A DNA stretch of 39,851 bases. It comes from Candidatus Sigynarchaeum calidifontis. GTDB lineage: Archaea > Asgardarchaeota > Lokiarchaeia > Sigyniarchaeales > Sigyniarchaeaceae. Made by a program: the position numbers and the translations under genes. The DNA lies in assembly GCA_030587475.2 (NCBI GenBank), contig JAUQYZ020000243.1, forward strand, positions 1 through 39,851, read 5' to 3'. How positions within the stretch are numbered: the stretch's first letter is position 1; each line of letters begins with the position of its first letter. Below the pieces are notes generated by a model. That model searched no databases. It saw only the letters and a list, made by a program, of their open reading frames with translations, and was not told the origin of the DNA. This document shows, piece after piece, positions 27,599-37,270 of the stretch.

Positions 27599-29068
27599 AT
27601 GAATCGATCCAAAGGCGTGATCGTGGCAGGTCTATTACTGCTCGCCATGGTTCCCGTGCTCATCACGATGCACGCGATGCTCGTGCAAGAAACGATCAAG
27701 ATCGTCGATCCGATGATCGGCGCCCCGCAGTTCAGCAAGCCTGGCGGATCGTTCATGGTCTTCGTCGAAAAAACGGGCTGGGTAGATCCTGGCTCGTGGA
27801 AGGCGCAGATGCAGTCAGTCGACTTCCCGTGGGCAGCCGCGATCCCCCTTCCCATCGAGGACTCGGGCATGTTTCGCGAAGGCCGACACGTGTTAACCGT
27901 TCGGGTGCCGTCCACGTCTTTACCCGGCTTGTACGACTTGAACGTGTCGTGCACGTCGCTGGGCACGCGCTACTCGGCCATCGAGCCCCACTCGGTCTGC
28001 ATCTATGCGAACGTGTCCACGCTGCGATTCGCGCACCTCACGGATCCGCACGTTACCATTCCGGACAAGACCGTGAACATGAACGTCGCCCCGCCGCACA
28101 CATCGGCCACGTGGATGGAGCGCTCGATCAACAACAATTTACGATGGTTACTCGAGAACGTTTCAGTTGCACGTCCGGAGTTTGTCCTGCTCACGGGCGA
28201 CATCGCCACTCGCGGGCTTGAGGATGAGTTCAAGACGGCCAGGGACATCATAATGGCCTCTAAAATTCCCGTTCTCTGCACGCTCGGCAATCATGACCAT
28301 CGAAGTCCCCCGAGCTTCGCGTATTACCTTGCTCCCCCGTATTTCTCGCGCGTGATAGACGCTTGGCGAATCATCTGCCTGGACACCGGCGCAACCGAGG
28401 GTAACGGCTTGTTCGGGGCTCAATTAAGGTGGTTTGGCGATGAGCTCGTGGCGGCAGCGGCGGCGGGGCAGCAAGTCTTCGTCGGCATGCACATCCCATC
28501 GACAACGGAGCCGATTAGCGGCTACACGATCGCGGGAAACGAGGAATTCCGGGCGCTGTGTAAGCAATATGGAGTCCGCGGGATTTTCACCGGCCACCAT
28601 CACTATTCCGATGCCGCGCATGATAACGGGTCGCAAGTCTTGATACCCGATCCCATGCCGCCGAGTGCAAAACCAATCTACGTGAAGACCGGGAGCACGA
28701 CGCTCGATTACGGCAACGGGGATCGCGGCATCGGCTGGCGATTCGTGTGTAGCTACAGGAATGGATCCTTGTCCATTGGCTATGACATAGCCGGGGCGGG
28801 CACGAGTGACCCGGTCGAAGACATCCCGCTGAATGGGTTATTTCGAGCGGATGGGGCCCTCTGGATAAACCTTACCAATTGTTATCGCATCACCTTCACG
28901 AACGTCACGATCCCCGTGCAATTCTCACTCTCGTCCATTAGCGACCAATTCATCCCCTCTGAAGGCACGATCATTGGCCAAGTCCGCACTGAAACCATGG
29001 CCGGCCTTTTACTACGTATTACATTGCCTGAAACTAGCAGCAAGCAAATCACGTTCACGAGGATGTGA
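27599..29068 (+). CDS. Exported/membrane-anchored metallophosphoesterase with beta-rich accessory domains
   Basis: N-terminal signal/TM. Motifs HLTDPH, TGDI, LGNHDH, GMHIP, TGHHH. Several N-x-S/T sequons. Confidence 0.85.
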   Translation: MNRSKGVIVAGLLLLAMVPVLITMHAMLVQETIKIVDPMIGAPQFSKPGGSFMVFVEKTGWVDPGSWKAQMQSVDFPWAAAIPLPIEDSGMFREGRHVLTVRVPSTSLPGLYDLNVSCTSLGTRYSAIEPHSVCIYANVSTLRFAHLTDPHVTIPDKTVNMNVAPPHTSATWMERSINNNLRWLLENVSVARPEFVLLTGDIATRGLEDEFKTARDIIMASKIPVLCTLGNHDHRSPPSFAYYLAPPYFSRVIDAWRIICLDTGATEGNGLFGAQLRWFGDELVAAAAAGQQVFVGMHIPSTTEPISGYTIAGNEEFRALCKQYGVRGIFTGHHHYSDAAHDNGSQVLIPDPMPPSAKPIYVKTGSTTLDYGNGDRGIGWRFVCSYRNGSLSIGYDIAGAGTSDPVEDIPLNGLFRADGALWINLTNCYRITFTNVTIPVQFSLSSISDQFIPSEGTIIGQVRTETMAGLLLRITLPETSSKQITFTRM

Positions 29069-30357
29069 TGGCCACGAGCGCAAGTATCCCATCTAACAAG
29101 ATCGATCTGTCGTGGCTGCAGCGCACGTTCGAGACCCATCTCCCCGTTATGGCCCTTTGTACCATCGTCATCCCCAGCATCGTGTTCGGGATGTTCACGA
29201 TGGGGCTCAACCCTGAAGATAGCGAGCTCCGCACGACATACTACATCGTGATCACGGCGGCGATGCCCGTATCGATGCTGGGCGGTTTCTTGCTCGCGAT
29301 GATGCCGGCTCGAAGGGTTCTCCTCATCGCTCTCGATGCGGCGACCGGGGTGGTGGCGTTCTTGTCGTACGCGTGGTTTCAGGCCAGGATATCGATCGTG
29401 CCGGCCGACCATGCATCGACCTTCCCGGGCTGGCAATGGCAGTCCCAATACCAGCAAGACGTGCTAACGGCGCTCGTCATCGTCATGTCGCTGCGCTGCG
29501 GCATGTCCTTCCCTCGCCGCGGAGCGATGCCATCCGCGGATGGAGACACGTCGGCCGCTTGGGCAACGGCGTGTTCCTTGATCGTGATTGCTTCCGTGTA
29601 TTTCGTCAGCTGGCTGTTCGGGACATGGTGGCTCCTCCACTTGCAAGTTGCGTGCATCGCGTTTGGGAGTTGCGGCGTGCAAGTGCTGCTCCCGCGTTAT
29701 CCAAGCTCGACCGACGAGCATCCGGCAGCGACCGGGATGCGGAATACAACATGGATGCCCATCCTCTTCGGTTTCGGCATCCCGCCCCTCATGCTTGCCC
29801 AGGGCTTCACTATAGGCGTAGCTTTCGTCGTGAATAGTTGGTCTGCTAGCTGGTGTGCCCACATTGGCATTATGATACTCACGGCGAGCCTTGTTTCGTG
29901 CGGGATCTTGTCAGCAGAGAAGCGGCTCGCGAAGGTAATGGATACCGCGTGGATACTCATCACAGCAGACGCGTTGCTGCTATTTCTTGTCATCTTGCTT
30001 CATTCCCGGGCCATTGTTCCCGTTGCGCCCAGCTGGAGCATGGCAAGCGGGGTTTCGGCTGGGCTGATTGCCACTGCCTTGGCCAAGCTCGCAACTAACC
30101 ATCGCCATCCCTTCCGTGCAACAGTGCACTTGATGCTGGCCTTGTTTTGCACTACCATCGGCATTGGCGGGGGTATCGCGTACTATCTCTATTCGGGCCA
30201 GTCGATTTCAATCTTGCCAGGTGGGGTTTCATCTGAATTACTGATTGCTTTCACCATTTCCGGTTCTGCGATTTTCGCTGCCATCATGATAATTTTGATT
30301 ATCGGCATGCGTGCCATCATCAAGGTGCGGCATCACGAGGTGAAAGCTTCGCATTGA
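29068..30357 (+). CDS. Polytopic membrane protein (about 12 TM) of unknown function
   Basis: Hydrophobic throughout; start overlaps the upstream stop (TGATG). Confidence 0.75.
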   Translation: MATSASIPSNKIDLSWLQRTFETHLPVMALCTIVIPSIVFGMFTMGLNPEDSELRTTYYIVITAAMPVSMLGGFLLAMMPARRVLLIALDAATGVVAFLSYAWFQARISIVPADHASTFPGWQWQSQYQQDVLTALVIVMSLRCGMSFPRRGAMPSADGDTSAAWATACSLIVIASVYFVSWLFGTWWLLHLQVACIAFGSCGVQVLLPRYPSSTDEHPAATGMRNTTWMPILFGFGIPPLMLAQGFTIGVAFVVNSWSASWCAHIGIMILTASLVSCGILSAEKRLAKVMDTAWILITADALLLFLVILLHSRAIVPVAPSWSMASGVSAGLIATALAKLATNHRHPFRATVHLMLALFCTTIGIGGGIAYYLYSGQSISILPGGVSSELLIAFTISGSAIFAAIMIILIIGMRAIIKVRHHEVKASH

Positions 30358-33245
30358 GCGGAATCTCGGAGCGAGTGACGGTTGCCGAGCGCTGTGGCCC
30401 GGTTGCCCGATGGGCTTTCACGCTCGTGTATCTGGGGCTCTCGCTCGCAGTTTTTTTCACATATCCCGTGATAGGGTACATCGCGGAGCACGGTTCATTC
30501 GATGTGGAAGCTTTCCTATCGGGTGACGTGTTCGGCAACTACCGCATCAGCCTGGTCGATGCGCTGCTCGATGCAGAGCATTTACTTGCGAACTTCATGA
30601 CCGTGATCCTTTTCTCGCTCGTGCTCTCCGCTTTCCTCGTCCATTACGGACCTTCCAAGGGTGAGGCAAGACCGGAGGAATTCTCGAAGCGATATTTTGG
30701 CCGGGCCAAGTGGCTCGGCTTCGCTGCTGCCACGATACTCGGCACGGCCATCGTGCTGACCGTCACCGGCATTGGATACACCCGGCCCGAGCTCGAGGGG
30801 CGTACCGCCTCGATAATGCTCGGGAACTTCCACCCGGAGAACTTCTCGGTGCACGTGTTCTACTATCTTTTCCTGTTCTCGGGACTGCCAGGCTTTTTTT
30901 ACATCATTGCTGCAGGGAAGGCAAACCCACGGCGGAGTACATGGCGCCCAGAACGTCCGCGGGTCGGCTTGTTTCTCCTGATCGTTTCCTTGCTAATCCT
31001 GGAGATCGTCGCCCTGTTCTCGCCTTTGGTGATGTGGGACGTGATCAATGCGCGCACCTCGATTCGCGAGATCTTGTACTCGATCATCGACAGCGCGTTC
31101 ATCACGGCCATCGTGCTCGTAATAGAGTGGCGCGACCGGGCTCGCTTGTCGCAGCCAGCCATCAAGGCAGACACGGACGCTGGCATGCCGAGGATCGTAA
31201 AGCACATGATCACGTGGAGCATCCCCATAATTGCATTCCTGGGTCTCGTGATTTTCATGTTTTCGGAAGGGTATCTCGAACTCTTCATCAGCGTTGCATA
31301 TTACTTGTCAAGAACATGGACATTTGCCTTTGCGGTCGTGTTCACCTTGTTCTTGTACCACGCCGGCACTCTCGTGAAGCTTGGCTACAAGCCCGCTAGA
31401 TGGAAGTTGCCCAATCTCTCCCGCGTCAAGCCACGCGTGCTAGCTGCCTTGTTGATCGCCAACTTTGCCATCGCGGGATCCTTGGTCGTGATAAAGGCCC
31501 ATGTAGAATCGCCGGTCCTAATAATGAACCAGGCAGGGTACCTTCCCGCGCAAGACAAGACGTTCCTCGTGAAGACGAGGTATTTGCACCAATCCGGGTG
31601 CTTCGACGTTCTCGAAGCATCGAGCGGGATACCTGTCCTCAGCGCGGCACCCCTCGAATACGTCGGCACGAGCTGGGGTGCGCATTATTACCGCGGAAAC
31701 GCGTCGGCCATCTCGACGAGCGGTTCCTACCGGATCGCCACGCGATTCGTCGATAATGGAATGGTCACCGCGGCCACGGCGCCGGAGCCGTTTAACGTCG
31801 GGACGGGCGTGTACGACCTCGCGGCGAGGCGCGGGTACGAGTTCTTTTACTACCAGCGGTGCGGCACGCGGGTGCACGAGATCGTGCCCGGTTACGTGGG
31901 CCACGAGCCGTGCCACTTGGATGATGGCATCATGTACAAGGGAGCCTGGTTGAATCTCACGGGAGCATGGCATTCTGCTGGCGATTATGCCAAGCATATA
32001 TATTGGGGCATGCATTGCGAGGCTGTCATCTACTCGTGCTTGTTCGCGTACGAATTGGCGCCAGATCTTTATGATGGCATCGATCTCGTTACCGTGAATG
32101 GGGCCCCGATGCCAAATGGCATCCCGGACATCCTTGACGAGGCCATGTTCGGCCTCGAATATTACGAACGCAGCTTCCTCGACAATGGTACACTGCTAGG
32201 GTCGATCGTGGGGGACCTGGTGTTTTGCCCGCCGGAGAAGGACACGGACAACATTCCTGGCACCGCGGACGACCGCCATCTCTTCTGGGAGGAAAACCAC
32301 GTGCTCGCCCGGCCCTACGAGGCCATGTACGTCGCCGCGAGCTTCGCCAAGATGGCATGCATCGCTCGCGACAAGTCGTATTTCAGCAGCCGCGAGGCGG
32401 AAATGGCGCGATTCGCCGCTAACATCTACGGGAACTTTAGCACCGCGATAAACGTCACTGCCCCGAACCACCCGGCCATCAACAGCGAAGCATCGTCGCT
32501 GCTTCTCGCCACGCTCGAGATGTACCGGTATTTCGGCACGCCATCGCTGTCGAGCAAGTTGGATGCGGTCGCGGCCTACATCCACGATCATTTCCCCGAT
32601 CCTGCAGTGCTGTGGGGTGACGAGCTAGGTGAATGGAACCGGGTGCCTGGTTATTTCTGTTACTGGGCGCTCGTGAACGGATCGGCGACGGCGAGGGCCA
32701 TGGCGGCTGACGTCGCCCTTGCAATGTTCAATGGGCGGTTCAAGCCGCTCGCATCGGAGCCAGGGAACTTGTTCGGCATGATGGAAGTCAAGCTCGATGA
32801 TGGCCGAACCGAGCCGTTCTGGTCGCGCATCGGCCTCAACTCGTATTACTTGACCGCGGCCTTTTCCGCGTTCATGGCATACAACATCACCGGCGGCACG
32901 CGCCTTGATATCCTGGATTTCGGCTTGAAGCAAATCGGTTTCGTGCTCGGGACGAACCCGTATGGAATATCAATGGTCGAGGGCGTCGGCACGAGGAACC
33001 CGCCGATCTACCACCACAGGTACGCGTACATCCCGGGGAACCCGCGCGGTGCCGTGCCCGGGGCCATCATCAACGGCATCATCGAGAAGGGCGGGTTGCC
33101 GTTCATGAACGTGAACTCGGCGGCTGGCTCCAGCATCCAAGACCACCTCGCGGATGCAATGTCGAACGAGCCATGGTTGCCGCACAACGTGCACTTCATG
33201 TATGTCATGGCGGCGTTACTCGGCTGCGTCCAAGGCATGCGATAG
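30354..33245 (+). CDS. GH9 glycoside hydrolase (CelD-type Ig + catalytic domain) fused to an N-terminal domain of about 9 TM helices
   Basis: Motifs MNQAGY, FFYYQRCG, GAWHSAGDY, GIPDILDEA, LGTNP, HHR, NEPW. TTG start overlaps the upstream stop, with a GAGGTGA RBS. Confidence 0.85.
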   Translation: MSGISERVTVAERCGPVARWAFTLVYLGLSLAVFFTYPVIGYIAEHGSFDVEAFLSGDVFGNYRISLVDALLDAEHLLANFMTVILFSLVLSAFLVHYGPSKGEARPEEFSKRYFGRAKWLGFAAATILGTAIVLTVTGIGYTRPELEGRTASIMLGNFHPENFSVHVFYYLFLFSGLPGFFYIIAAGKANPRRSTWRPERPRVGLFLLIVSLLILEIVALFSPLVMWDVINARTSIREILYSIIDSAFITAIVLVIEWRDRARLSQPAIKADTDAGMPRIVKHMITWSIPIIAFLGLVIFMFSEGYLELFISVAYYLSRTWTFAFAVVFTLFLYHAGTLVKLGYKPARWKLPNLSRVKPRVLAALLIANFAIAGSLVVIKAHVESPVLIMNQAGYLPAQDKTFLVKTRYLHQSGCFDVLEASSGIPVLSAAPLEYVGTSWGAHYYRGNASAISTSGSYRIATRFVDNGMVTAATAPEPFNVGTGVYDLAARRGYEFFYYQRCGTRVHEIVPGYVGHEPCHLDDGIMYKGAWLNLTGAWHSAGDYAKHIYWGMHCEAVIYSCLFAYELAPDLYDGIDLVTVNGAPMPNGIPDILDEAMFGLEYYERSFLDNGTLLGSIVGDLVFCPPEKDTDNIPGTADDRHLFWEENHVLARPYEAMYVAASFAKMACIARDKSYFSSREAEMARFAANIYGNFSTAINVTAPNHPAINSEASSLLLATLEMYRYFGTPSLSSKLDAVAAYIHDHFPDPAVLWGDELGEWNRVPGYFCYWALVNGSATARAMAADVALAMFNGRFKPLASEPGNLFGMMEVKLDDGRTEPFWSRIGLNSYYLTAAFSAFMAYNITGGTRLDILDFGLKQIGFVLGTNPYGISMVEGVGTRNPPIYHHRYAYIPGNPRGAVPGAIINGIIEKGGLPFMNVNSAAGSSIQDHLADAMSNEPWLPHNVHFMYVMAALLGCVQGMR

Positions 33246-33346
33246 CCAGACATGGTTTTCAGGTGTAATTCCACGCATCTTTCTGGATACCTATGCTTCT
33301 CACGCTCGCTGCGAACTTTCATTAAAGATCGAGCCTTGGATGTCAA

Positions 33347-33952
33347 GTGCCCGCCTTTTTCCACATCAGACCATCACATGCCAAGGTCGGTGCCATCACG
33401 ATTGCTGCTTCCGGTATTTTGCTGCTTTTCGGGCTTTGGATACAAGTTCTCGAGGTATCGGTCATCCCTTCTGGTTACAACGTGCTTCACGTGGAGTTTG
33501 CCTTCACGGCGGAGCAGATGGACAAGGTCCTCGAATCGTGGATCGCTTTGAACGTGCTGCACGTCGAGGTGTTTATTGACCAGCTCGACGTGCTGATGAT
33601 GCCAGGATGGAGCGTCATGTTCTTCGGCGTGCAAGTCCTCGGCTTGCGGGCACTCGACGCTCTCGGCGTGGGTGGACGTTTCCGAAGAGTATCGTGGAAA
33701 TTGGTATATTTTCCCCTGGTCGCCGGGGCTGCAGACACGGTCGAGAATGCCATCATCTTCCAGGTGCTGAGTAACCCGGCAACGTACAACCGGGTCCTTG
33801 TCCCTGTTCTGTTTACATTCGTCGTGACCAAGTGGGGGATGCTGTTCACGGGCATCGTGATCGGTGCCGTTGCAAACATCGGGGCGCTCGCGGTCGTGTT
33901 GATGCGTGCCAAGACCACGTCGCATCAGCGCGGGATCACGGGCATGGTTTAA
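33347..33952 (+). CDS. 4-TM membrane protein of unknown function
   Basis: Four hydrophobic segments with embedded acidic residues (IDQLD, AGAADTVEN). Start is uncertain. Confidence 0.7.
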   Translation: MPAFFHIRPSHAKVGAITIAASGILLLFGLWIQVLEVSVIPSGYNVLHVEFAFTAEQMDKVLESWIALNVLHVEVFIDQLDVLMMPGWSVMFFGVQVLGLRALDALGVGGRFRRVSWKLVYFPLVAGAADTVENAIIFQVLSNPATYNRVLVPVLFTFVVTKWGMLFTGIVIGAVANIGALAVVLMRAKTTSHQRGITGMV

Positions 33953-33971
33953 ACGCGTTCCATGCCGTGGA

Positions 33972-35255
33972 ATGACCATGGATCCTGGGAAAATCGAGGC
34001 GGTTCGCGCAGCCGAGGTCGCGGGCATTTGGTTTGCCCTTGCATCTGCCGCAGCATTTCTCCTCGACGAGTTGCTTTTCGGGGTCAAGTCGGCTTCCGAG
34101 CCAAGAATCGTCGAGGCCGCAGCGGGGATACTGCTCGGCCTCCTTTCTTGTCTCGTGATCTCGCATCTCGCCGCTAGGTTTCCCCGGCTCGCAGCAATCA
34201 TGAAAATCACCGCCGTTGCATTGCTCGCAAGTCTTGGCGTTATCAACAATCTCGTTCACCTACCTTTAAACTTCCTAGCTCGGTTCGCGGTCTTGATTAT
34301 CGCTACATTGCTCGCTTGGATCGAAACATCACGCGCGCGATCCTACAGCGATGATCTCGAACGTGGTAATGCAATCCAATTGCAGCGCATGAGCATCGCG
34401 ATCGTCGTAGCTTCGCTTCTCGCCGGCGGGAGCCTCTGGCAGCAGCGTGAGAATTTCTATGCATGGCCTTCCGACTTGGAAGTGCTCATGTACACGATCA
34501 CGGGCACGGTGGCTGTCTGTCTCGCGGTGCTGCTCTTGATGGTAGAGCGCGATGCGATAGCAAATGGCGACATGGCGATGGTTCCGCGAACCGAAACGGG
34601 TGCGGAACGGCCTCCCTGGACCACGGCACTCTTGGCGCTCTGCTCTGGCATGGCAGTGGGACTGTACATGTCCCTTTCGGCGCTCGTCGCCCAGAACACG
34701 GCGCTCGAATTCCCGAGCCGGGTCGTGTATGCAATCAACACGATGGTTCCAGTCGCTATGCTCGCGATCTGCATGGCTGGCACGAGGGCATCCAATATAC
34801 CGGGAACAGCACGAGTGCGGCGTTCCTTCATCAATGAGCCAGCTGGCTTGATTCTCCTCATGTTGACGATCGCGATTACCATCGGGGCCCCATGGATTCT
34901 TGGCACGGCGAGCATCGTCGACTCCACTGTCGCAGGAACGATGCACGTCGCCGGGCTGATCTCGCTGCCATTGCTAGTATATTACATGCTGTCGAAACTG
35001 GCCGTGATTCGCCAGACTGGTGGTTATCATGCCCTCGTCTCGTCGCTCGGCAGCGCGGGGCTCGTCATCGGCATCGCGGGGTACCTCGTCGGGGGAACCA
35101 CGTACAACATGGACTTCTACGTCGGCCTGGCCTTCACGGTGCTCATCGCCCATGGAGTGGTGGTGGCTTGGCTAATGGAGCGGTTCCCAAAAGAGCAGCC
35201 GCGGTGTGATGTCCAAGCAAGGCCATCGAGGGCAAAAATGGAGGTGGCGTCTTGA
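33972..35255 (+). CDS. Polytopic membrane protein (about 12 TM) of unknown function
   Basis: Hydrophobic throughout; its 3' end carries the RBS of the next gene. Confidence 0.72.
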   Translation: MTMDPGKIEAVRAAEVAGIWFALASAAAFLLDELLFGVKSASEPRIVEAAAGILLGLLSCLVISHLAARFPRLAAIMKITAVALLASLGVINNLVHLPLNFLARFAVLIIATLLAWIETSRARSYSDDLERGNAIQLQRMSIAIVVASLLAGGSLWQQRENFYAWPSDLEVLMYTITGTVAVCLAVLLLMVERDAIANGDMAMVPRTETGAERPPWTTALLALCSGMAVGLYMSLSALVAQNTALEFPSRVVYAINTMVPVAMLAICMAGTRASNIPGTARVRRSFINEPAGLILLMLTIAITIGAPWILGTASIVDSTVAGTMHVAGLISLPLLVYYMLSKLAVIRQTGGYHALVSSLGSAGLVIGIAGYLVGGTTYNMDFYVGLAFTVLIAHGVVVAWLMERFPKEQPRCDVQARPSRAKMEVAS

Positions 35256-35256
35256 G

Positions 35257-36633
35257 ATGCTGAAACCGGGGGCAAGGAGGCCTGTCTGGGCAGTGGCGCT
35301 GGTTGCGGTCGTGATCGTCTCATCGATCCCTTTCATGCTGGAGATCTACCAAGACGCCAGGCTCGTGCAAACCCATCCGCTAGCACGCGAGAAACACGTG
35401 CTCGCCTACTATTACCCGTGGTTTCACAACGGCACCAATTACACGGGCGCGCTCGGCGACGCCATCGTGGAAAAAGGCAACGCGACGGGTTGGGCGAGGT
35501 GGGGCTCGCCCGAGGATCCGTGCTATAACTACACCCTCGCGTCGTCTTTAACCCAGCAACAAGTCTACTACTGGCGAAACGGGCTGGAGCGGAACTACTC
35601 GTGGGCATCCATCGCCCATTGGCCGCTCGATGGCTTGTATGACGTCTCCGATCCCGACCAGATCAATCGCCATTTCGACCGCATGAACCGGGCCGGCATC
35701 GATGTCTTGATCGGCGACTTTTTCGGGGATTACGAGTTCCAGGACCCGACGATGGACGGCTATCTCGCCGTGGCTGCCAACCGCTCGGCCGAAGGGAAGC
35801 CGTCACCGAAGATCACGTTCATGCTCGGCGTCTCGTGGGGCCCCGAGCAAGAATGGTGGGGGCCGACGAGCCGCAATGGCAGCGGCTGGGGCATCATCAG
35901 CCACGCGGAGTACATCTACCACTACGTGAAATCGTATCTCGATGCCCACGGTAACGATGCCCACTTCTTCCGGGTCAACGGCAAGCCGGTTTTTTTCACG
36001 TGGGCGACATACGTGCCCGGTTACGACGTGTGGAAGGCCGCCATGGCGATGCTCCGCGAGGACTACGACTTCTACATCGTTGTCGACTGGGGATACCAGA
36101 AACCCGGCCCGCCGGGGCCGGAGTGGGTCGAGCTGTTCGATGGCTTCGTTTTCTATAACCCGGTCGGGTACTTGTTCAACGAGGGCCCCGTGCCGAACAC
36201 GCCCAACAAGTACGCGAACCTGTGGTGGCTCGACTGGGCCAACTCGAACGACGTGAACAAGGGCATCGCCCCCGAGATCACGCGCTACGGCGAGGTACAA
36301 AGCCCGACGATCCGCACGATGTTCCGGAACATGAAGCGATATTACACCGGGCTGGGCAAGTTCTGGGCACCGACGGTCATCCCTGGCTATGACGACCGGC
36401 AGATATACCCCCACGCGAACTCGTTCGTGGGTCGCGCGGGGACGACAAACTACGGGTCAAAGCTGACCTACGACGGCATGTGGGAGGACGCGCTCGCGTG
36501 CGAGCCAGCCTGGGTACTCATATGTAGCTGGAATGAAATACACGAAGGCACGGAGATCGATGCATCGGTGGAATATGGCGACTTGTTCATCAACCGGACA
36601 ATGCATTACACGAGCATGTTCCACGCGCAATGA
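35257..36633 (+). CDS. GH99-like (endo-alpha-mannosidase/GH71-99 clan) glycoside hydrolase with N-terminal membrane anchor
   Basis: Motifs VLAYYYPWF, GLYDVSDP, AGIDV, NGKPVFF, VIPGYDDR, SWNEIHEGTEI (ExxE). GGAGGTG RBS at 35240-35246. Confidence 0.85.
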   Translation: MLKPGARRPVWAVALVAVVIVSSIPFMLEIYQDARLVQTHPLAREKHVLAYYYPWFHNGTNYTGALGDAIVEKGNATGWARWGSPEDPCYNYTLASSLTQQQVYYWRNGLERNYSWASIAHWPLDGLYDVSDPDQINRHFDRMNRAGIDVLIGDFFGDYEFQDPTMDGYLAVAANRSAEGKPSPKITFMLGVSWGPEQEWWGPTSRNGSGWGIISHAEYIYHYVKSYLDAHGNDAHFFRVNGKPVFFTWATYVPGYDVWKAAMAMLREDYDFYIVVDWGYQKPGPPGPEWVELFDGFVFYNPVGYLFNEGPVPNTPNKYANLWWLDWANSNDVNKGIAPEITRYGEVQSPTIRTMFRNMKRYYTGLGKFWAPTVIPGYDDRQIYPHANSFVGRAGTTNYGSKLTYDGMWEDALACEPAWVLICSWNEIHEGTEIDASVEYGDLFINRTMHYTSMFHAQ

Positions 36634-36639
36634 ACGCGG

Positions 36640-36665
36640 AGCCGTTCGATCTCGGCTTTTTTTTT
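36640..36665 (+). terminator. Hairpin plus T9 terminator closing the glycan cluster
   Basis: AGCCG...CGGCT followed by a nine-T run just after the stop at 36633. Confidence 0.65.
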
Positions 36666-36715
36666 GTCCATCGTCGTTCGCGGGGACTAGTTTCCGATTC
36701 GCTTTAATGGGAGAA

Positions 36716-36722
36716 TATAAAA
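36716..36722 (+). promoter_or_regulatory. TATA box of aIF-1A (probably leaderless mRNA)
   Basis: TATAAAA about 25 nt upstream of ATG 36748; no RBS seen. Confidence 0.55.
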
Positions 36723-36747
36723 GGGGTCTAAGCGTTTTTTAACTATT

Positions 36748-37107
36748 ATGGGCAAGAAACCAGAACGGTCGAGCGATTCCCAGGGCTCCCGGGTTCGCCA
36801 ATCAACCGGCGACATAGAAGTCCAACGAGCAAGAACCCCTGTCGCGGCTGATAACGAGGTGCTCGGCATCGTCGTGCAGATTCTCGGCGACGATAGGATG
36901 CGCGTGCGATGTGCGGATGGGGTGGAACGTCAAGGTAGGATCAGGGGCAAGATCAAGAAGCGAATGTGGACCCGTCTCGGCGACCTCGTCATCGTGTCGA
37001 AATGGGATTTCCAAGACTCCCATTGTGACATCGTCTATCGATACCGGGAGAACGAGCGCGCCTGGCTCGAGAGAAAAGGATACATTAACGAGTTTCTCCA
37101 ACCATGA
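36748..37107 (+). CDS. eif1a: Translation initiation factor aIF-1A
   Basis: EVLGIVVQILGDDRMRVRCADG..R.GRIRGKIKKRMW.RLGDLVIV..WDFQ...DIVYRY. Confidence 0.95.
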   Translation: MGKKPERSSDSQGSRVRQSTGDIEVQRARTPVAADNEVLGIVVQILGDDRMRVRCADGVERQGRIRGKIKKRMWTRLGDLVIVSKWDFQDSHCDIVYRYRENERAWLERKGYINEFLQP

Positions 37108-37270
37108 TGCTAGCGGCGCTTTTTTACATCCCGATAGGTGTTGCATCCTATTTTTTTGGATAGGGCTTTTGACAACGGGGGCATTTCTTGTCCTTTTTAC
37201 CGAGAATAAAGCCACAAGTCAAACACTTTTTTATCATTTCGCCCGTGCGCGGGTCCATGATGGCATATCT

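Noticed and set aside
3465-33374. Many long overlapping or antisense ORFs (e.g. 3465-4295, 6182-7129, 10601-11431, 16537-17331, 27553-28221)
   Set aside because: Arg/Ala/Pro-rich shadow frames of GC-rich genes that have clear motifs in another frame.
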